The notes under the pieces: model-generated
The model's database searches: none
The model's input: the letters and a program-made list of their open reading frames with translations, nothing else
What the model was told of the DNA's origin: nothing
Part shown: piece after piece, positions 49,269 to 59,345 of the stretch
Layout: every line of letters begins with the position of its first letter
How positions within the stretch are numbered: position 1 is the first letter of the stretch
From: Capsulimonadaceae bacterium
GTDB lineage: Bacteria; Armatimonadota; Armatimonadia; Armatimonadales; Capsulimonadaceae
DNA: 64,000 nt
Assembly: GCA_965213825.1 (NCBI GenBank)
Contig: CBDCAE010000005.1
Span: 70,443-134,442 of the forward strand
Direction: 5' to 3'
Program-made: the position numbers and the translations under genes

Positions 49269-50570
49269 ATGTCTCGCATCCGAAAACCCTCTTTTGCCCC
49301 GTTTCAACTCGCCGCGCTCTGCGTATCGCTTCTCCTGCTGCTGTCCGGCGGCTGCGGGCCAAGTCGCCCGCAGGCAACGGACGGTGGGAAAATTGTGCTG
49401 AATTACTGGAATGGATTCAGCGGGCCGGACGGCAAGACCATGTCCGCGATGGTGCGGCAGTTTGAGTCGGAGAACCCCGATATTGAAGTCCGCATGCAGA
49501 TCATCCCGTGGGGGACTTACTACGACAAGCTGACACTGGCGCTCGCCTACGGCGGCGCTCCCGACGTGTTTATCGTGCAGGCGGCTCGCTTCCCGGAGTT
49601 CGCGTCGTTCCATACGCTCCACCCAGTCGCCGATGTCTTTGCGGACGCTAAGACGCCGCTTGGCGAAAAAGACTTTGCGCCGGTCCCGTGGCGCGAGAGC
49701 TTTTATCAAGGAACGCAGTACGCACTGCCACTGGACACGCACCCGCTTGGGCTGTACTACAACACGAAGCTATTCCAAGACGCCGGAATTGTGGATGCGC
49801 AGGGGCAGGCGAAGCCGCCGACGAACCTGCCGGAGTTTTTGGCCGATGCCAAAAAGCTGACCCGCGACACCACCGGTGAGGGTCGCCCGGACCAGTGGGG
49901 CTTCGCGTTCACCAATGAGCATAGCAACTGGCTGACGTTCGCGCACCAGTTCGGCGGCGATATTTTGACACCTGACGGCAAACATGGCGCGATGTCGTCA
50001 CCGGGCAGTCTCGCGGCGACCCATCTCATGTGCGATTTGATCTACAAGTACAAGATCGCTCCCAAGCCCGAAGGCATTGACTCGTGGCTGGCGATGCGCC
50101 AGGGCAAAGTCGCGATGGCAATGGAGGGCATCTATATGCTTTCATCGCTTAAAGAGACCACAGGACTCCAGTTTGCCGGAGCGCCGGTGCCGCAGTTCGG
50201 CCCGAAGCAGGGCATTTGGGGCGGCTCGCATCTCTTGTGTGAGCCGGCGGGCATTGACCCGGCGCACGCGAAAGCGGCAGGACGACTGATGCTGTTTTTG
50301 TCGAACCACAGCCTGACCTGGGGGCTGGGCGGGCAAATCCCCGCACGGGTTGCAGTCACGCGGTCGGCGGACTTCCAGTCTCAGCCGGTGCAGGCCCAGT
50401 TCGCCCGCCAGATCGGCTATGTCGTATACGACCCGCAGGTGCCCCTCGCCAATGCCCTCAATCAATTCGTGGACCCGGCGATTGATGCCGCGCTGTCGGA
50501 GGAGCAGACACCGGAAGTCGCCATGCGCGATGCCGACCGGCGCATCAACCAGGTGCTGGCGCGGCCTTAG
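49269..50570 (+). CDS. Sugar ABC transporter substrate-binding lipoprotein
   Basis: Lipobox LLLSGGC after ATG 49269. Family-1 SBP-like sequence. Confidence 0.8.
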   Translation: MSRIRKPSFAPFQLAALCVSLLLLLSGGCGPSRPQATDGGKIVLNYWNGFSGPDGKTMSAMVRQFESENPDIEVRMQIIPWGTYYDKLTLALAYGGAPDVFIVQAARFPEFASFHTLHPVADVFADAKTPLGEKDFAPVPWRESFYQGTQYALPLDTHPLGLYYNTKLFQDAGIVDAQGQAKPPTNLPEFLADAKKLTRDTTGEGRPDQWGFAFTNEHSNWLTFAHQFGGDILTPDGKHGAMSSPGSLAATHLMCDLIYKYKIAPKPEGIDSWLAMRQGKVAMAMEGIYMLSSLKETTGLQFAGAPVPQFGPKQGIWGGSHLLCEPAGIDPAHAKAAGRLMLFLSNHSLTWGLGGQIPARVAVTRSADFQSQPVQAQFARQIGYVVYDPQVPLANALNQFVDPAIDAALSEEQTPEVAMRDADRRINQVLARP

Positions 50571-50576
50571 AAACCG

Positions 50577-50665
50577 CCCCCCGGCCCCCGATAAGGGGGG
50601 AGCCAGAGTCAAAAGAGGTCTGCTCCTGTCTTAATCATGCTCCCCCATTATTGGGGGCTGGGGGG
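50577..50665. repeat. REP-like composite palindrome, family 1 (second copy)
   Basis: CCCCCCGGCCCCCGATAAGGGGGGAGC ... GCTCCCCCATTATTGGGGGCTGGGGGG, between the SBP and permease genes. Confidence 0.8.
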
Positions 50666-50700
50666 AGTCTTTATCTGTTCCTCATCTTGGAGATGTAACG

Positions 50701-51708
50701 ATGACTGTTGCGGAAAAAATGCTTTACCGGCGAACGGTGACTTTGCCGGCGGCAGCCAGCCGGACCAAGCCTCGGCGTGATGACGGCTTCTACGGCTGGC
50801 TCTTTGCCCTGCCCCACCTGCTGCTGTTTCTCGTATTTCTCTTTGCCCCCACCCTTCTCGGATTCTGGATTTCCCTGCATAACTGGCACGTTCTGGCGAA
50901 GACGCACCCGTTTATCGGCATGGAAAATTATGGGGCTGCGCTGCACGATGACATTTTCTGGCTGGCCCTCCGCAACACGGCCTATTTCGCCGTGCTGGTC
51001 GTGCCGCTCGGCAATCTCGTGTCTCTGCTGCTGGCGGTCGGATTGTCACAGGTGAAGCGGTTTACGACGTTCTATAAGGTCGCGTTTTACCTGCCCGTTA
51101 TCATCTCGATTACAGTGGTTGCCGTCTTGTGGCAATGGCTGTATAACACCGAAGTCGGCCTGCTGAACTTATATCTGAAGTCGGCGGTGGCCGGGCTGCG
51201 GCATCTGGGATTGCCATTGGCCCCGTTCTCACCGCTGCCCTGGCTGACCGACCCGCACTGGGTCATGCCGTCGGTCGCTTTGATGTCTATCTGGTGGGGC
51301 GCGGGCGGCAACATGATCTTATATCTTGCCGGCATCAACAACATCCCGCCGGACTACTATGAAGCGGCGACGCTCGACGGTGCAAGTGGCTGGCGGCAGT
51401 TCTGGGCGATTACCTGGCCGCTGCTGCGTCCGACCCGGTTGTTCTGCCTGGTGTTTTCGGTGCTGGGTGCGTTCCAGATTTTCGGCCAGTCGTATGTACT
51501 ATTCGGCGGCGCGTCTGGGCCGGGCCGGGCCGGCCTCACTCTCGTTTTGTATATGTACCAGCAGGGCTTTTCGCAGTATGAGATCGGCTACGGGGCAGCC
51601 GTCGCCTACCTGCTGTTTGCGATTGTGCTGATCTTTACGGGCATTCAGTTCGGCCTGCTGTCTGACCGAGATAGAACGAAAAGTAGTAGGAAGGCAGCGA
51701 AATCATGA
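50701..51708 (+). CDS. Carbohydrate ABC transporter permease (MalF-like)
   Basis: EAATLDGASGWRQFWAITWPLLRP (EAA loop). Confidence 0.85.
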   Translation: MTVAEKMLYRRTVTLPAAASRTKPRRDDGFYGWLFALPHLLLFLVFLFAPTLLGFWISLHNWHVLAKTHPFIGMENYGAALHDDIFWLALRNTAYFAVLVVPLGNLVSLLLAVGLSQVKRFTTFYKVAFYLPVIISITVVAVLWQWLYNTEVGLLNLYLKSAVAGLRHLGLPLAPFSPLPWLTDPHWVMPSVALMSIWWGAGGNMILYLAGINNIPPDYYEAATLDGASGWRQFWAITWPLLRPTRLFCLVFSVLGAFQIFGQSYVLFGGASGPGRAGLTLVLYMYQQGFSQYEIGYGAAVAYLLFAIVLIFTGIQFGLLSDRDRTKSSRKAAKS

Positions 51709-52547
51709 AAGCTCTTGGACGTTACCAGATCCCGCTGCATCTTATTCTGCTGCTGACGACCGCGCTGTTTGTCGCGCCGCTGGTCTGGATGCTGTCTACA
51801 TCGCTGAAGACGCCGGGTGATATTATTTCGGGCCTCGGAGCGCTGCGCTGGTGGCCGCACCCTGTTTCGGCGGTCAACTACAAGCAGGTGCTGACGAATG
51901 TTGAGGAGTTTCCGGTCTGGCGCTGGACCGGCAACAGTGTCTTTGTCGCGCTTGCCGCGACTTTGCTGGTGCTGACCGTGGATACGATGGCGGCGTTTGC
52001 CTATTCGCGCCTGCGCTGGCGGGGTCGGGACGCTGTGTTCGCCATTTTAGTCGCGACAATGCTGGTGCCGGGCCAGGTGCTGCTTATTCCCTCTTACTTG
52101 CTCATTCGCGAGCTGCACTGGTTTGACACGTACTGGGCGCTGATCGTGCCGGCAGGCGCGAATGCGTTCGGCGTGTTTCTCCTGCGCCAGTTCTTCCTGA
52201 CGATCCCGAATGAGCTGGAAGAGGCCGCCCGGCTCGATGGGTGCGGGCCGCTCGGCGTCTTCTGGCACGTGATCCTGCCCTTGTCCCGCCCGGCGCTGGC
52301 AACGCTTGGCATTTTCACGTTCATGGGGGTCTGGAATGCCTTTGAAGGGCCGCTGATTTACACCGACAGCACGGACATGCGGACCTTGCCTATCGGGGTG
52401 ATGATCTTTCAAGGCCATTACAGCACCGAATACGGCCCGCTGATGGCGGCGGCGGCGCTGGCTGCAATCCCGGTGCTGATCGCATTCCTGCTGTTCCAAA
52501 AGCATCTGATCAAAGGCATCTCGCTGACAGGTCTCGCAGGACGCTGA
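51705..52547 (+). CDS. Carbohydrate ABC transporter permease (MalG-like)
   Basis: EEAARLDGCGPLGVFWHVILPLSRP (EAA loop). 4-nt overlap with the previous gene. Confidence 0.85.
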   Translation: MKALGRYQIPLHLILLLTTALFVAPLVWMLSTSLKTPGDIISGLGALRWWPHPVSAVNYKQVLTNVEEFPVWRWTGNSVFVALAATLLVLTVDTMAAFAYSRLRWRGRDAVFAILVATMLVPGQVLLIPSYLLIRELHWFDTYWALIVPAGANAFGVFLLRQFFLTIPNELEEAARLDGCGPLGVFWHVILPLSRPALATLGIFTFMGVWNAFEGPLIYTDSTDMRTLPIGVMIFQGHYSTEYGPLMAAAALAAIPVLIAFLLFQKHLIKGISLTGLAGR

Positions 52548-52552
52548 CAGTT

Positions 52553-53000
52553 AGGAATAATCTACTCACGCTTCTCTTCGTGGGCGCGTCGCTTCTGTGG
52601 GCAGCCCCAGCTCCGGCCCTGGAAACGGACTGCGTCATCCATGAACCGTCAACGATTGTCAAGAGCGGCGGCCGGTACTGGGTCTTCGGAACCGGTGCCG
52701 GAGCCACTGTTTACTCGTCATGGGACACACAGCCCCCTATTTAGACAAAGAAGGCCGCGACATGCTGGCAGGCGGCGGCGAGCTATTCCTAAGTGCGGCT
52801 GCCGACAACAGCGCCGGACACAAAGAAGTTGGCCCCGGTCAATCAGGGATTTTCATAGACAATGGACAATGCTATTTTTCCTGACACAATACTATTTTTC
52901 CTGCCACTATGAATGGGCCGAGGACCATAACGGCGCTCCATCGCTTAACGTTCGGAAACTCTCCTGGGGCGCAGAGGGGTGGCCGACGCTGTCCGACTAG
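52553..53000 (+). pseudogene. Decayed GH43 (arabinanase-like) gene: no start codon, internal deletion, 20-nt tandem duplication
   Basis: Three frames in succession. First: ...LLTLLFVGASLLWAAPAPALETDCVIHEPSTIVKSGGRYWVFGTGAG..YSSWD. Second: YLDKEGRDMLAGGGELFL...GPGQSGIFIDNGQCYFS*. Third: CHYEWAEDHNGAPSLNVRKLSWGAEGWPTLSD*. Confidence 0.65.
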
Positions 53001-53009
53001 GGGAAACTC

Positions 53010-54689
53010 ATGCCAACGTATACAATCGGCCTCGATTACGGGACAAGCTCGGTACGCGGCATGCTAGTGGACACCGCGAATGGGCGGGAAGTCGCGGTGT
53101 CTGAGTTTGCTTATCGGCACGGCGTCGGCGGTGTTTTGACGGACCCACGAGACACGCTGCTCGCCCGGCAGCACCCACAGGATTATCTGGACGGCACAGT
53201 TGCCGTGCTTCAAGACGTACTCGCAGCGGCAGAAAGCATATCGGGATTTGAGGCAGCGCAAGTTGTGGGTCTGGGGATAGACACGACCGGCTCGTCGCCG
53301 CTGCCGGTGAACGCGGATGGTATGCCGCTGGCACTGACACCGGAGTTCGCGGACACTCTTGGCGCGATGGTCTATCTGTGGAAAGACCACACAAGCCACG
53401 CCGAAGCGGCGGAAATCACCGCGCTTGCCGCCGAGATACGCCCGGAGTATCTTCTGAAATGCGGCGGCGTCTACAGCGCGGAGTGGTTCTGGGCCAAAAT
53501 CCTTCACTGCCGACGGGCCGACCCGGATGTTTTCGCCGCTGCTTTTACCTGGGTGGAACACGCTGACTGGATGCCCGCCGTGCTGACCGGGACCGCCCGC
53601 CCAGCGCAAATGAAGCGCGGCATTTGTGCGGCGGGCCACAAAGGGCTGTTTCACCCGGACTGGGGCGGTTACCCAGACGAAGAGTTCGTAGCCCGGCTGG
53701 ACCCAAAGCTTGCGGCTCTGCGGCGGACACTGCCGGATAAAGCGTCTGCGGTCGGGCAGGCGGCGGGACTGCTCAGCACGGAATGGGCGACCGATACAGG
53801 CCTCCCGGCTGGCATCCCCGTTTCCATAGGAGCGATTGACGCGCATTTGGGCGCGGTCGGCTGCGGGATTGCGCCGGGAACGCTGGTCAAGAATATCGGA
53901 ACGTCTACCTGCGACATGATGGTTGCGCCGCTTGACCGTCCGATGCCGGACATTCCGGGGCTGTGCGGGATCGTGCCGGGGTCGATCCTGCCCGGCTTCT
54001 ACGGGTTAGAAGCCGGACAGTCAGCAGTTGGTGACATCTTTAACTGGTTTGCCGGGACAATCCAGCCGGCCGGGATGGACCATGCCGCGCTGACGACAGC
54101 CGCCGCACAGTCCGCGCCCGGCGCGAGCGGCCTGCTGGCACTGGACTGGCACAACGGCAACCGGACCGTGCTGGTAGACCAGCGGCTCTCCGGCGCCCTG
54201 CTGGGAATGACCCTGCACACGACCCCCGGCGAGATGTACCGGGCCTGGATCGAGGCTACGGCGTTCGGCGCACGGGTCATCGCCGAGCGGCTGGAAGAAC
54301 ACGGGCAAAACATTGAAAGAATTGTCGTCTGCGGCGGCATTCCCGCCAAAAGTCCTTTGGTGATGCAGGTTTACGCCGATGTCTTGGGCCGCCCGATTGC
54401 TATCTCCCGGTCATCGCAGACGGCTGCGCTCGGCGCGGCGATTGCCGGCGCAGTCGCCGCCGGTGTTTACCCATCGTTTCGCGAGGCGATGGCCTCGATG
54501 ACTGCCGTGCAGCCGCAGGCGCTCGCGCCGAACCCGCAGAGCCGGGCGATCTACAACCGCTTGTACGCCCAGTACAAGCTTATTCACGATGCCTTTGGCC
54601 TGCGCGGCGCGTCCGAGAACTTGTCCGGTGTAATGAAAGAGCTGCTGCTGATCCGGGACAAAGTGCGCCGGGACACTGCCCGCGTTTAG
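53010..54689 (+). CDS. araB: L-ribulokinase (FGGY family)
   Basis: YTIGLDYGTSSVRGMLVD N-terminus. 559 aa. Lies in an arabinose-utilisation context. Confidence 0.85.
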   Translation: MPTYTIGLDYGTSSVRGMLVDTANGREVAVSEFAYRHGVGGVLTDPRDTLLARQHPQDYLDGTVAVLQDVLAAAESISGFEAAQVVGLGIDTTGSSPLPVNADGMPLALTPEFADTLGAMVYLWKDHTSHAEAAEITALAAEIRPEYLLKCGGVYSAEWFWAKILHCRRADPDVFAAAFTWVEHADWMPAVLTGTARPAQMKRGICAAGHKGLFHPDWGGYPDEEFVARLDPKLAALRRTLPDKASAVGQAAGLLSTEWATDTGLPAGIPVSIGAIDAHLGAVGCGIAPGTLVKNIGTSTCDMMVAPLDRPMPDIPGLCGIVPGSILPGFYGLEAGQSAVGDIFNWFAGTIQPAGMDHAALTTAAAQSAPGASGLLALDWHNGNRTVLVDQRLSGALLGMTLHTTPGEMYRAWIEATAFGARVIAERLEEHGQNIERIVVCGGIPAKSPLVMQVYADVLGRPIAISRSSQTAALGAAIAGAVAAGVYPSFREAMASMTAVQPQALAPNPQSRAIYNRLYAQYKLIHDAFGLRGASENLSGVMKELLLIRDKVRRDTARV

Positions 54690-54769
54690 AGGGCGCATCT
54701 TTCGGGCAACTTTGTAGCAGGCGCGAGAACTGTAAGCCGCCTCCAAGTACGCTCGCCGGGAGACACATC

Positions 54770-55030
54770 ATGGCCGCACAATGCACGCATCTTAATCAAA
54801 TTCAGCACGTCACGCCCCGCACACCGAACGGCTGCGAGGAATGCTTAGCCAGTGGGGACACCTGGGTGCATCTGCGCGAGTGTCTCGAATGCGGCCACAT
54901 CGGCTGCTGCGATTCGTCCAAAAATAAGCACGCGACCAAGCACTTCGGGCAGACTCAGCACGCGATTATGAAGTCGTTCGAGCCGGGGGAAGACTGGCGC
55001 TGGTGCTATGTAGATGAGATGGAGGTCTAG
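54770..55030 (+). CDS. UBP-type zinc-finger protein
   Basis: CEECLASGDTWVHLRECLECGHIGCCDSSKNKHATKHF. Confidence 0.75.
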   Translation: MAAQCTHLNQIQHVTPRTPNGCEECLASGDTWVHLRECLECGHIGCCDSSKNKHATKHFGQTQHAIMKSFEPGEDWRWCYVDEMEV

Positions 55031-55035
55031 CGGCG

Positions 55036-55995
55036 ATGAAAGCTATTCGCGTTCACGAGTTCGGCGGGCCGGACAGGCTGCATCTCGAAGACACCGCCGA
55101 TTTAGTTCCGGGACCGGGACAAGTCTTGGTGAAGCTGGAAGCTGTCGGCGTCAACCCCGTGGATGTCTACATCGCCACCGGCAGCTACGGCCAGCGCCCT
55201 CTGCCTTACACGCCGGGATCCGATGCAGCGGGTGTGGTAGAAGCCGTCGGCGATGGTGTTTCAGGATTTGCGGCAGGCCAGCGCGTCTACACCGCCGGCA
55301 CATTGACCGGCGCTTATGCGGAGAAAGCCTTGTGCCGTCCCGCGCAGGCACAGCCTTTGGCGGACCGCCTCTCGTTCGCGCAGGGCGCGGCCATTCACGT
55401 CCCCTATTACACGGCCTACTACGGCCTGCATTTCAAGGCGGGCGCAAAGCCGGGCGAAACGGTGCTGGTGCATGGCGCGAGCGGCGGGGTCGGCCTTGCC
55501 GCGGTGCAGATCGCACGCGCGGCAGGCTTGACCGTGGTTGGAACGGCAGGCAGCGACAAGGGAAAAGAAGCGGTCCGAGCAGCAGGGGCTGATGTCGTGC
55601 TGGACCATACGCAAGATGGCTACATGGACGAAGTAAAAGCGCTCACGGACCGCAAAGGGCCGGACATCATCTTGGAGATGCTGGCGAACGTCAATCTCGC
55701 CGGAGACTTAGGCGTGATCGCGCAGAATGGCCGAGTGGTTGTCATCGGCAGCCGAGGGCCAGTGGAAATTGACGCGCGGCTGACCATGCAGCGTAATTCT
55801 TCAATTCTCGGCATGAGCCTGATGAACGCGACCGAGGCTGATCTCACTCAGCTTCACGCCGCTCTCGGCGCGGGCTTCGCGAACGGCACACTGAACCCAG
55901 TGGTCGCCCGCGAGTTTTCACTGGCCGATGCTCCGGCCGCGCACAAAGCGATTATGGAGCCGGGGGCTGCCGGCAAGATCGTCCTAGTCCCCTAA
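55036..55995 (+). CDS. NADPH:quinone oxidoreductase (zeta-crystallin-like MDR)
   Basis: MKAIRVHEFGGPDRL...GVNPVDVY...VLVHGASGGVGLAAVQIA. Confidence 0.85.
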   Translation: MKAIRVHEFGGPDRLHLEDTADLVPGPGQVLVKLEAVGVNPVDVYIATGSYGQRPLPYTPGSDAAGVVEAVGDGVSGFAAGQRVYTAGTLTGAYAEKALCRPAQAQPLADRLSFAQGAAIHVPYYTAYYGLHFKAGAKPGETVLVHGASGGVGLAAVQIARAAGLTVVGTAGSDKGKEAVRAAGADVVLDHTQDGYMDEVKALTDRKGPDIILEMLANVNLAGDLGVIAQNGRVVVIGSRGPVEIDARLTMQRNSSILGMSLMNATEADLTQLHAALGAGFANGTLNPVVAREFSLADAPAAHKAIMEPGAAGKIVLVP

Positions 55996-56035
55996 CTGCC
56001 TAGGAAAATGACGGCCTCTTGGAAACGGAAAATGC

Positions 56036-57697
56036 TTGCGCGACGCTGAGATAATTGTCGGACTGATGTCAGTGATCGTTGCGCTGGTTTCCCTGTCGCG
56101 GCGTCTCAATCTGCCCTACCCGATCCTGCTGGTGCTGGGGGGGCTTGCGCTGGGATTCCTGCCGGGCCTGCCCCGCGTTTCCATGCCCCCGGATTTAGTG
56201 CTGGTGGCTTTTTTGCCGCCGCTGCTGTATTCCTCGGCATTGACGCTTTCCTGGCGTGAGTTTCAGGCCAATCTGCGCCCGATCAGTTTGCTTGCGACCG
56301 GGCTTGTCCTGGCCACGACCGCCGGAGTCGCGCTGGCGGCCCATGCCCTGGTGCCGGGGCTTCCCTGGGCCGCCGCTGCCGTGCTGGGCGCGATTGTCGC
56401 GCCGACGGATGCGGTAGCGTCCGGGGCGATCGCCCGGCAGATCCATCTGCCGCGCCGCCTGGTCACGATTATTGAAGATGAAAGCCTTGTCAATGATGCG
56501 ACTTCGCTGGTGGTCTACCGGCTGGCGGTAGTCGCAGCGGCGACCGGCCACTTCTCGGCCCTGGCGGCGGGCGGCCAGTTTCTGTGGGCCAGCGCCGGCG
56601 GAATCGGGGTCGGCCTTGCCGTGGGCTGGGCAATCGGCCACCTGCGCCGGCGGATGCCGGAAGACCCGACCCTGGAAGCGACCGTGTCGCTGCTAACGCC
56701 GTTTGTCGCCTACATCCCCGCCGAACTGCTGCACGTCTCCGGCGTCCTGGCCGTGCTGGCGCAGGGCGCGTTTCTGGGACGGCTGGGAGCGCATATCCTG
56801 ACCGCGCCTACCCGCCTGCTGACAAGCAGCATGTGGCGGATGGTTGATTTTCTGCTGAACGGCCTGCTGTTCCTGCTGGTCGGTCTTCAGCTCCGTCCCA
56901 TCTTGGAGCGGCTGTCCGGGCAGCCGCTTGGGACACTGGCTCTGCAAGCCGTGCTGATCAGCCTGACGGTGATTGCCGCCCGTTTCATTTGGGTCTTTCC
57001 GCTGGCCTACTTGCCTCACCTGTTCAGCCCGCGCCTGCGCGAACGTGACCCCCTGCCGCCCTGGCAGTGGACGACGGTGCTGGCCTGGACGGGGATGCGG
57101 GGCGGCTTGTCTCTGGCGGCGGCGCTGGCCCTGCCGCTGACTATCGGAACGGGAAAGCCGTTCCCGCAGCGCGATCTGCTGATTTTTTTGACGTTCGGCG
57201 TGATCTTGGCGACGCTGGTTGCCCAGGGCCTGACTTTGACGCCGCTTATCAAGCGCCTCGCCGTGCGCGACGACGGCGAATCGGAGCGGGAAACGACCGA
57301 GGCGCGGATGAAAGGAGCGCAGGCGGCGCTGGCCCGACTCGATGAGCTGGAACAAGACAGCAATGTTCCGGCGGAGGTCATCTCGGAGATACGCAGCCAT
57401 TTCCAGCACAAGTCGGATCGCCTGGAAGCGCGGCACACCGGCGACATGGACACGGATGCCGATACCCTCGCCGCAAGTTACCGCCGCCTGCTGCGCGAAG
57501 TGGTCACGGCGGAGCGGCAGTCAGCGGTCACTCTGCGCGACGAGGCGGTCATCAGCGACGACGTGCTGCACGGGATTCAAGAAACGCTGGATTTGGAAGA
57601 ACAGCGGCTGGCGTCGGAAGAAAAGGCCGAGGCCGCCGAAGAGGGAGACAAAGGATCTGAAGAAGAGGCTGAAGAGGACCGGGCGTCAGACAAGTAG
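56036..57697 (+). CDS. Na+/H+ antiporter (CPA1 family) with an acidic cytoplasmic tail
   Basis: About 11 TM segments. GAIVAPTDAVA, ESLVNDATSLV. TTG start. Confidence 0.8.
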   Translation: MRDAEIIVGLMSVIVALVSLSRRLNLPYPILLVLGGLALGFLPGLPRVSMPPDLVLVAFLPPLLYSSALTLSWREFQANLRPISLLATGLVLATTAGVALAAHALVPGLPWAAAAVLGAIVAPTDAVASGAIARQIHLPRRLVTIIEDESLVNDATSLVVYRLAVVAAATGHFSALAAGGQFLWASAGGIGVGLAVGWAIGHLRRRMPEDPTLEATVSLLTPFVAYIPAELLHVSGVLAVLAQGAFLGRLGAHILTAPTRLLTSSMWRMVDFLLNGLLFLLVGLQLRPILERLSGQPLGTLALQAVLISLTVIAARFIWVFPLAYLPHLFSPRLRERDPLPPWQWTTVLAWTGMRGGLSLAAALALPLTIGTGKPFPQRDLLIFLTFGVILATLVAQGLTLTPLIKRLAVRDDGESERETTEARMKGAQAALARLDELEQDSNVPAEVISEIRSHFQHKSDRLEARHTGDMDTDADTLAASYRRLLREVVTAERQSAVTLRDEAVISDDVLHGIQETLDLEEQRLASEEKAEAAEEGDKGSEEEAEEDRASDK

Positions 57698-57726
57698 CTG
57701 TTGGGCGCAGCTTAAAGGCTGCGCGA

Positions 57727-58593
57727 TCAGCCTGCGCTCCGGGCCAGCAAGGCAAACTCCGAAAGTGTCAGCGTTTCCCCCCGTCGTCCGCCGTTAATCC
57801 CCGCCGCCGCAAGCGCCGCCGCCGCCTGCTCCCGGTCCCAGCCCAGAGACGGATCGCCGCTGAGAGCGTTCAGAAGCGCTTTGCGCCGCTGCCCAAACGC
57901 CGCCCGGACAATCGCGAAAAGCTGCGCCTCACTCGGCACGTCTACGGGGGGGTTGTCAAAGGGCGTCAGCCGCACTACGGCGCTGTCAACGTCGGGGGGC
58001 GGGAAAAAGACGCGCCGCGGAACAATGCCGACAGTTTCGACCTCGGCGTGGTACTGCACAAAGACGCTGAGCGAGCCGTATTCGGGCGTCCCGGCTTTGG
58101 CCCCCATCCGCGCCGCGACCTCTTTCTGGACCAGCAGGACCACCCGCGAAAACCGCCCGTGCTGCTCTAACAGCGTCGTCAAGAGCGGCGACGTGATATT
58201 ATAGGGGATATTGGCGACGACCGCCGGCTTGACGCCACTTAGAAAATGTTCGTCCAGAAACAGCGGCCAATCCAACGCCATTGCATCCGCCGTCACAACC
58301 TGCACCTGCGGCTTTTCGCCGACAGTTTCCGCAAGTGCCGGCAGCAAGTCCGTGTCCACTTCCACCGTGACTACTCGACCCGTTCCCGTCACGGCGTCCG
58401 CCAGTGCCGCTGTCAGGACGCCGAGACCTGCACCGATTTCCAGCGCCGTGCCGCCCGGTTCCAGCACTCCGGCAGCGACAATTTTTGCCAGCGTGTTGCC
58501 GTCCACAAGAAAGTTCTGCCCAAACCGCTTGCGCGGATGCAGATTATGGCGTTTGAGGAGGGCCGAGACAGCGGCGGGGCTGGAAAGGTTCAT
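57727..58593 (-). CDS. rsmA: 16S rRNA (adenine1518/1519-N6)-dimethyltransferase
   Basis: PRKRFGQNFLVD, LEIGAGLGVLT, VVANIPYNITSP. Confidence 0.9.
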   Translation of the reverse strand: MNLSSPAAVSALLKRHNLHPRKRFGQNFLVDGNTLAKIVAAGVLEPGGTALEIGAGLGVLTAALADAVTGTGRVVTVEVDTDLLPALAETVGEKPQVQVVTADAMALDWPLFLDEHFLSGVKPAVVANIPYNITSPLLTTLLEQHGRFSRVVLLVQKEVAARMGAKAGTPEYGSLSVFVQYHAEVETVGIVPRRVFFPPPDVDSAVVRLTPFDNPPVDVPSEAQLFAIVRAAFGQRRKALLNALSGDPSLGWDREQAAAALAAAGINGGRRGETLTLSEFALLARSAG

Positions 58594-58603
58594 ACAAGGA
58601 GTA

Positions 58604-58721
58604 CCCTGCCCTGAACGGCAGGGCTTTAAAAGTGCAAGCGCCCGCCTTCGCGGGCGAAGAATATATCCGATGCCCGCTCAGGCGGGGAATTGCCCTTCAA
58701 GGCACAGGGGTTCAGCCCCGT
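58604..58721. repeat. Modular hairpin repeat, family 2 (modules C-inverted, B, extra hairpin, A-inverted)
   Basis: CCCTGCCCTGAACGGCAGGGCTTT; AAAAGTGCAAGCGCCCGCCTTCGCGGGCGAAG; CCCGCtcagGCGGG; CACAGGGGTTCAGCCCCGTG. Confidence 0.75.
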
Positions 58722-58729
58722 GTTCTCAG

Positions 58730-59332
58730 TCAGCCCCACGTCTTCGGCAGGTGCAGGGTTTCGCCGTTCAGCGACAGATAATCTTCCGCGCCAACACTTG
58801 CCAGCAAATCCGCCGCCATCGGGTCGAAGCCGCCGCTTTCGGTCACAAACTCATCCCGCAGATAAACGCCGACAATCTGCGCCGCCACAAACTCACACTT
58901 GCTTGGTGGCAGCGCAAAGATGCTGGTCACACGGCATTCTATGCTCGCCGGACACTCGCCGATGCGGGGGCAATCTACGGTCCCGACTTGAATTGCCGTC
59001 AGACCCAGCCGCGCAAAATCGTCTTCCACCGTCGTGCCTTCTGCCGACTGATTCATAATCTCGGCCAAATAACGCGGGACTAAGTTAATCACAAACACCT
59101 GCGTCGCCTTGATGTTCTCCAGCGTGTGCTTGTCTTCGCCCTGCCGCTGCGAGAACGAGACACCCAGCATCGGCGGGTAGGTCGCCAGCCCCGCATACGA
59201 ATTATACGGCGCGATATTCGGTACGCCCGAAGCGCTCTGGGTCGAAATCAGCGCAAGGGGCCGGGGCGCAATCAAAGCCGCCCAGATTTTCCCGTTGACC
59301 TCGCGCGGAATGTCTTCAGCGATGTAGTGCAT
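58730..59332 (-). CDS. Flavin reductase-like (FMN-binding split-barrel) protein
   Basis: ALIAPRPLALISTQSASGVPNIAPYNSY. Confidence 0.7.
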   Translation of the reverse strand: MHYIAEDIPREVNGKIWAALIAPRPLALISTQSASGVPNIAPYNSYAGLATYPPMLGVSFSQRQGEDKHTLENIKATQVFVINLVPRYLAEIMNQSAEGTTVEDDFARLGLTAIQVGTVDCPRIGECPASIECRVTSIFALPPSKCEFVAAQIVGVYLRDEFVTESGGFDPMAADLLASVGAEDYLSLNGETLHLPKTWG

Positions 59333-59345
59333 AAGAGTGTTGTTT

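Noticed and set aside
58211-59083. 290-aa plus-strand ORF, and similar long ORFs antisense to real genes: 61015-61953, 53064-53846, 56693-57436, 20700-21494, 24108-24833, 37746-38324, 40601-41221, 41342-41989, 957-1634.
   Set aside because: These are typical shadow ORFs of GC-rich DNA. They have Arg/Pro/Gly/Ala-heavy compositions and no motifs. Each lies fully opposite a gene with clear family signatures.
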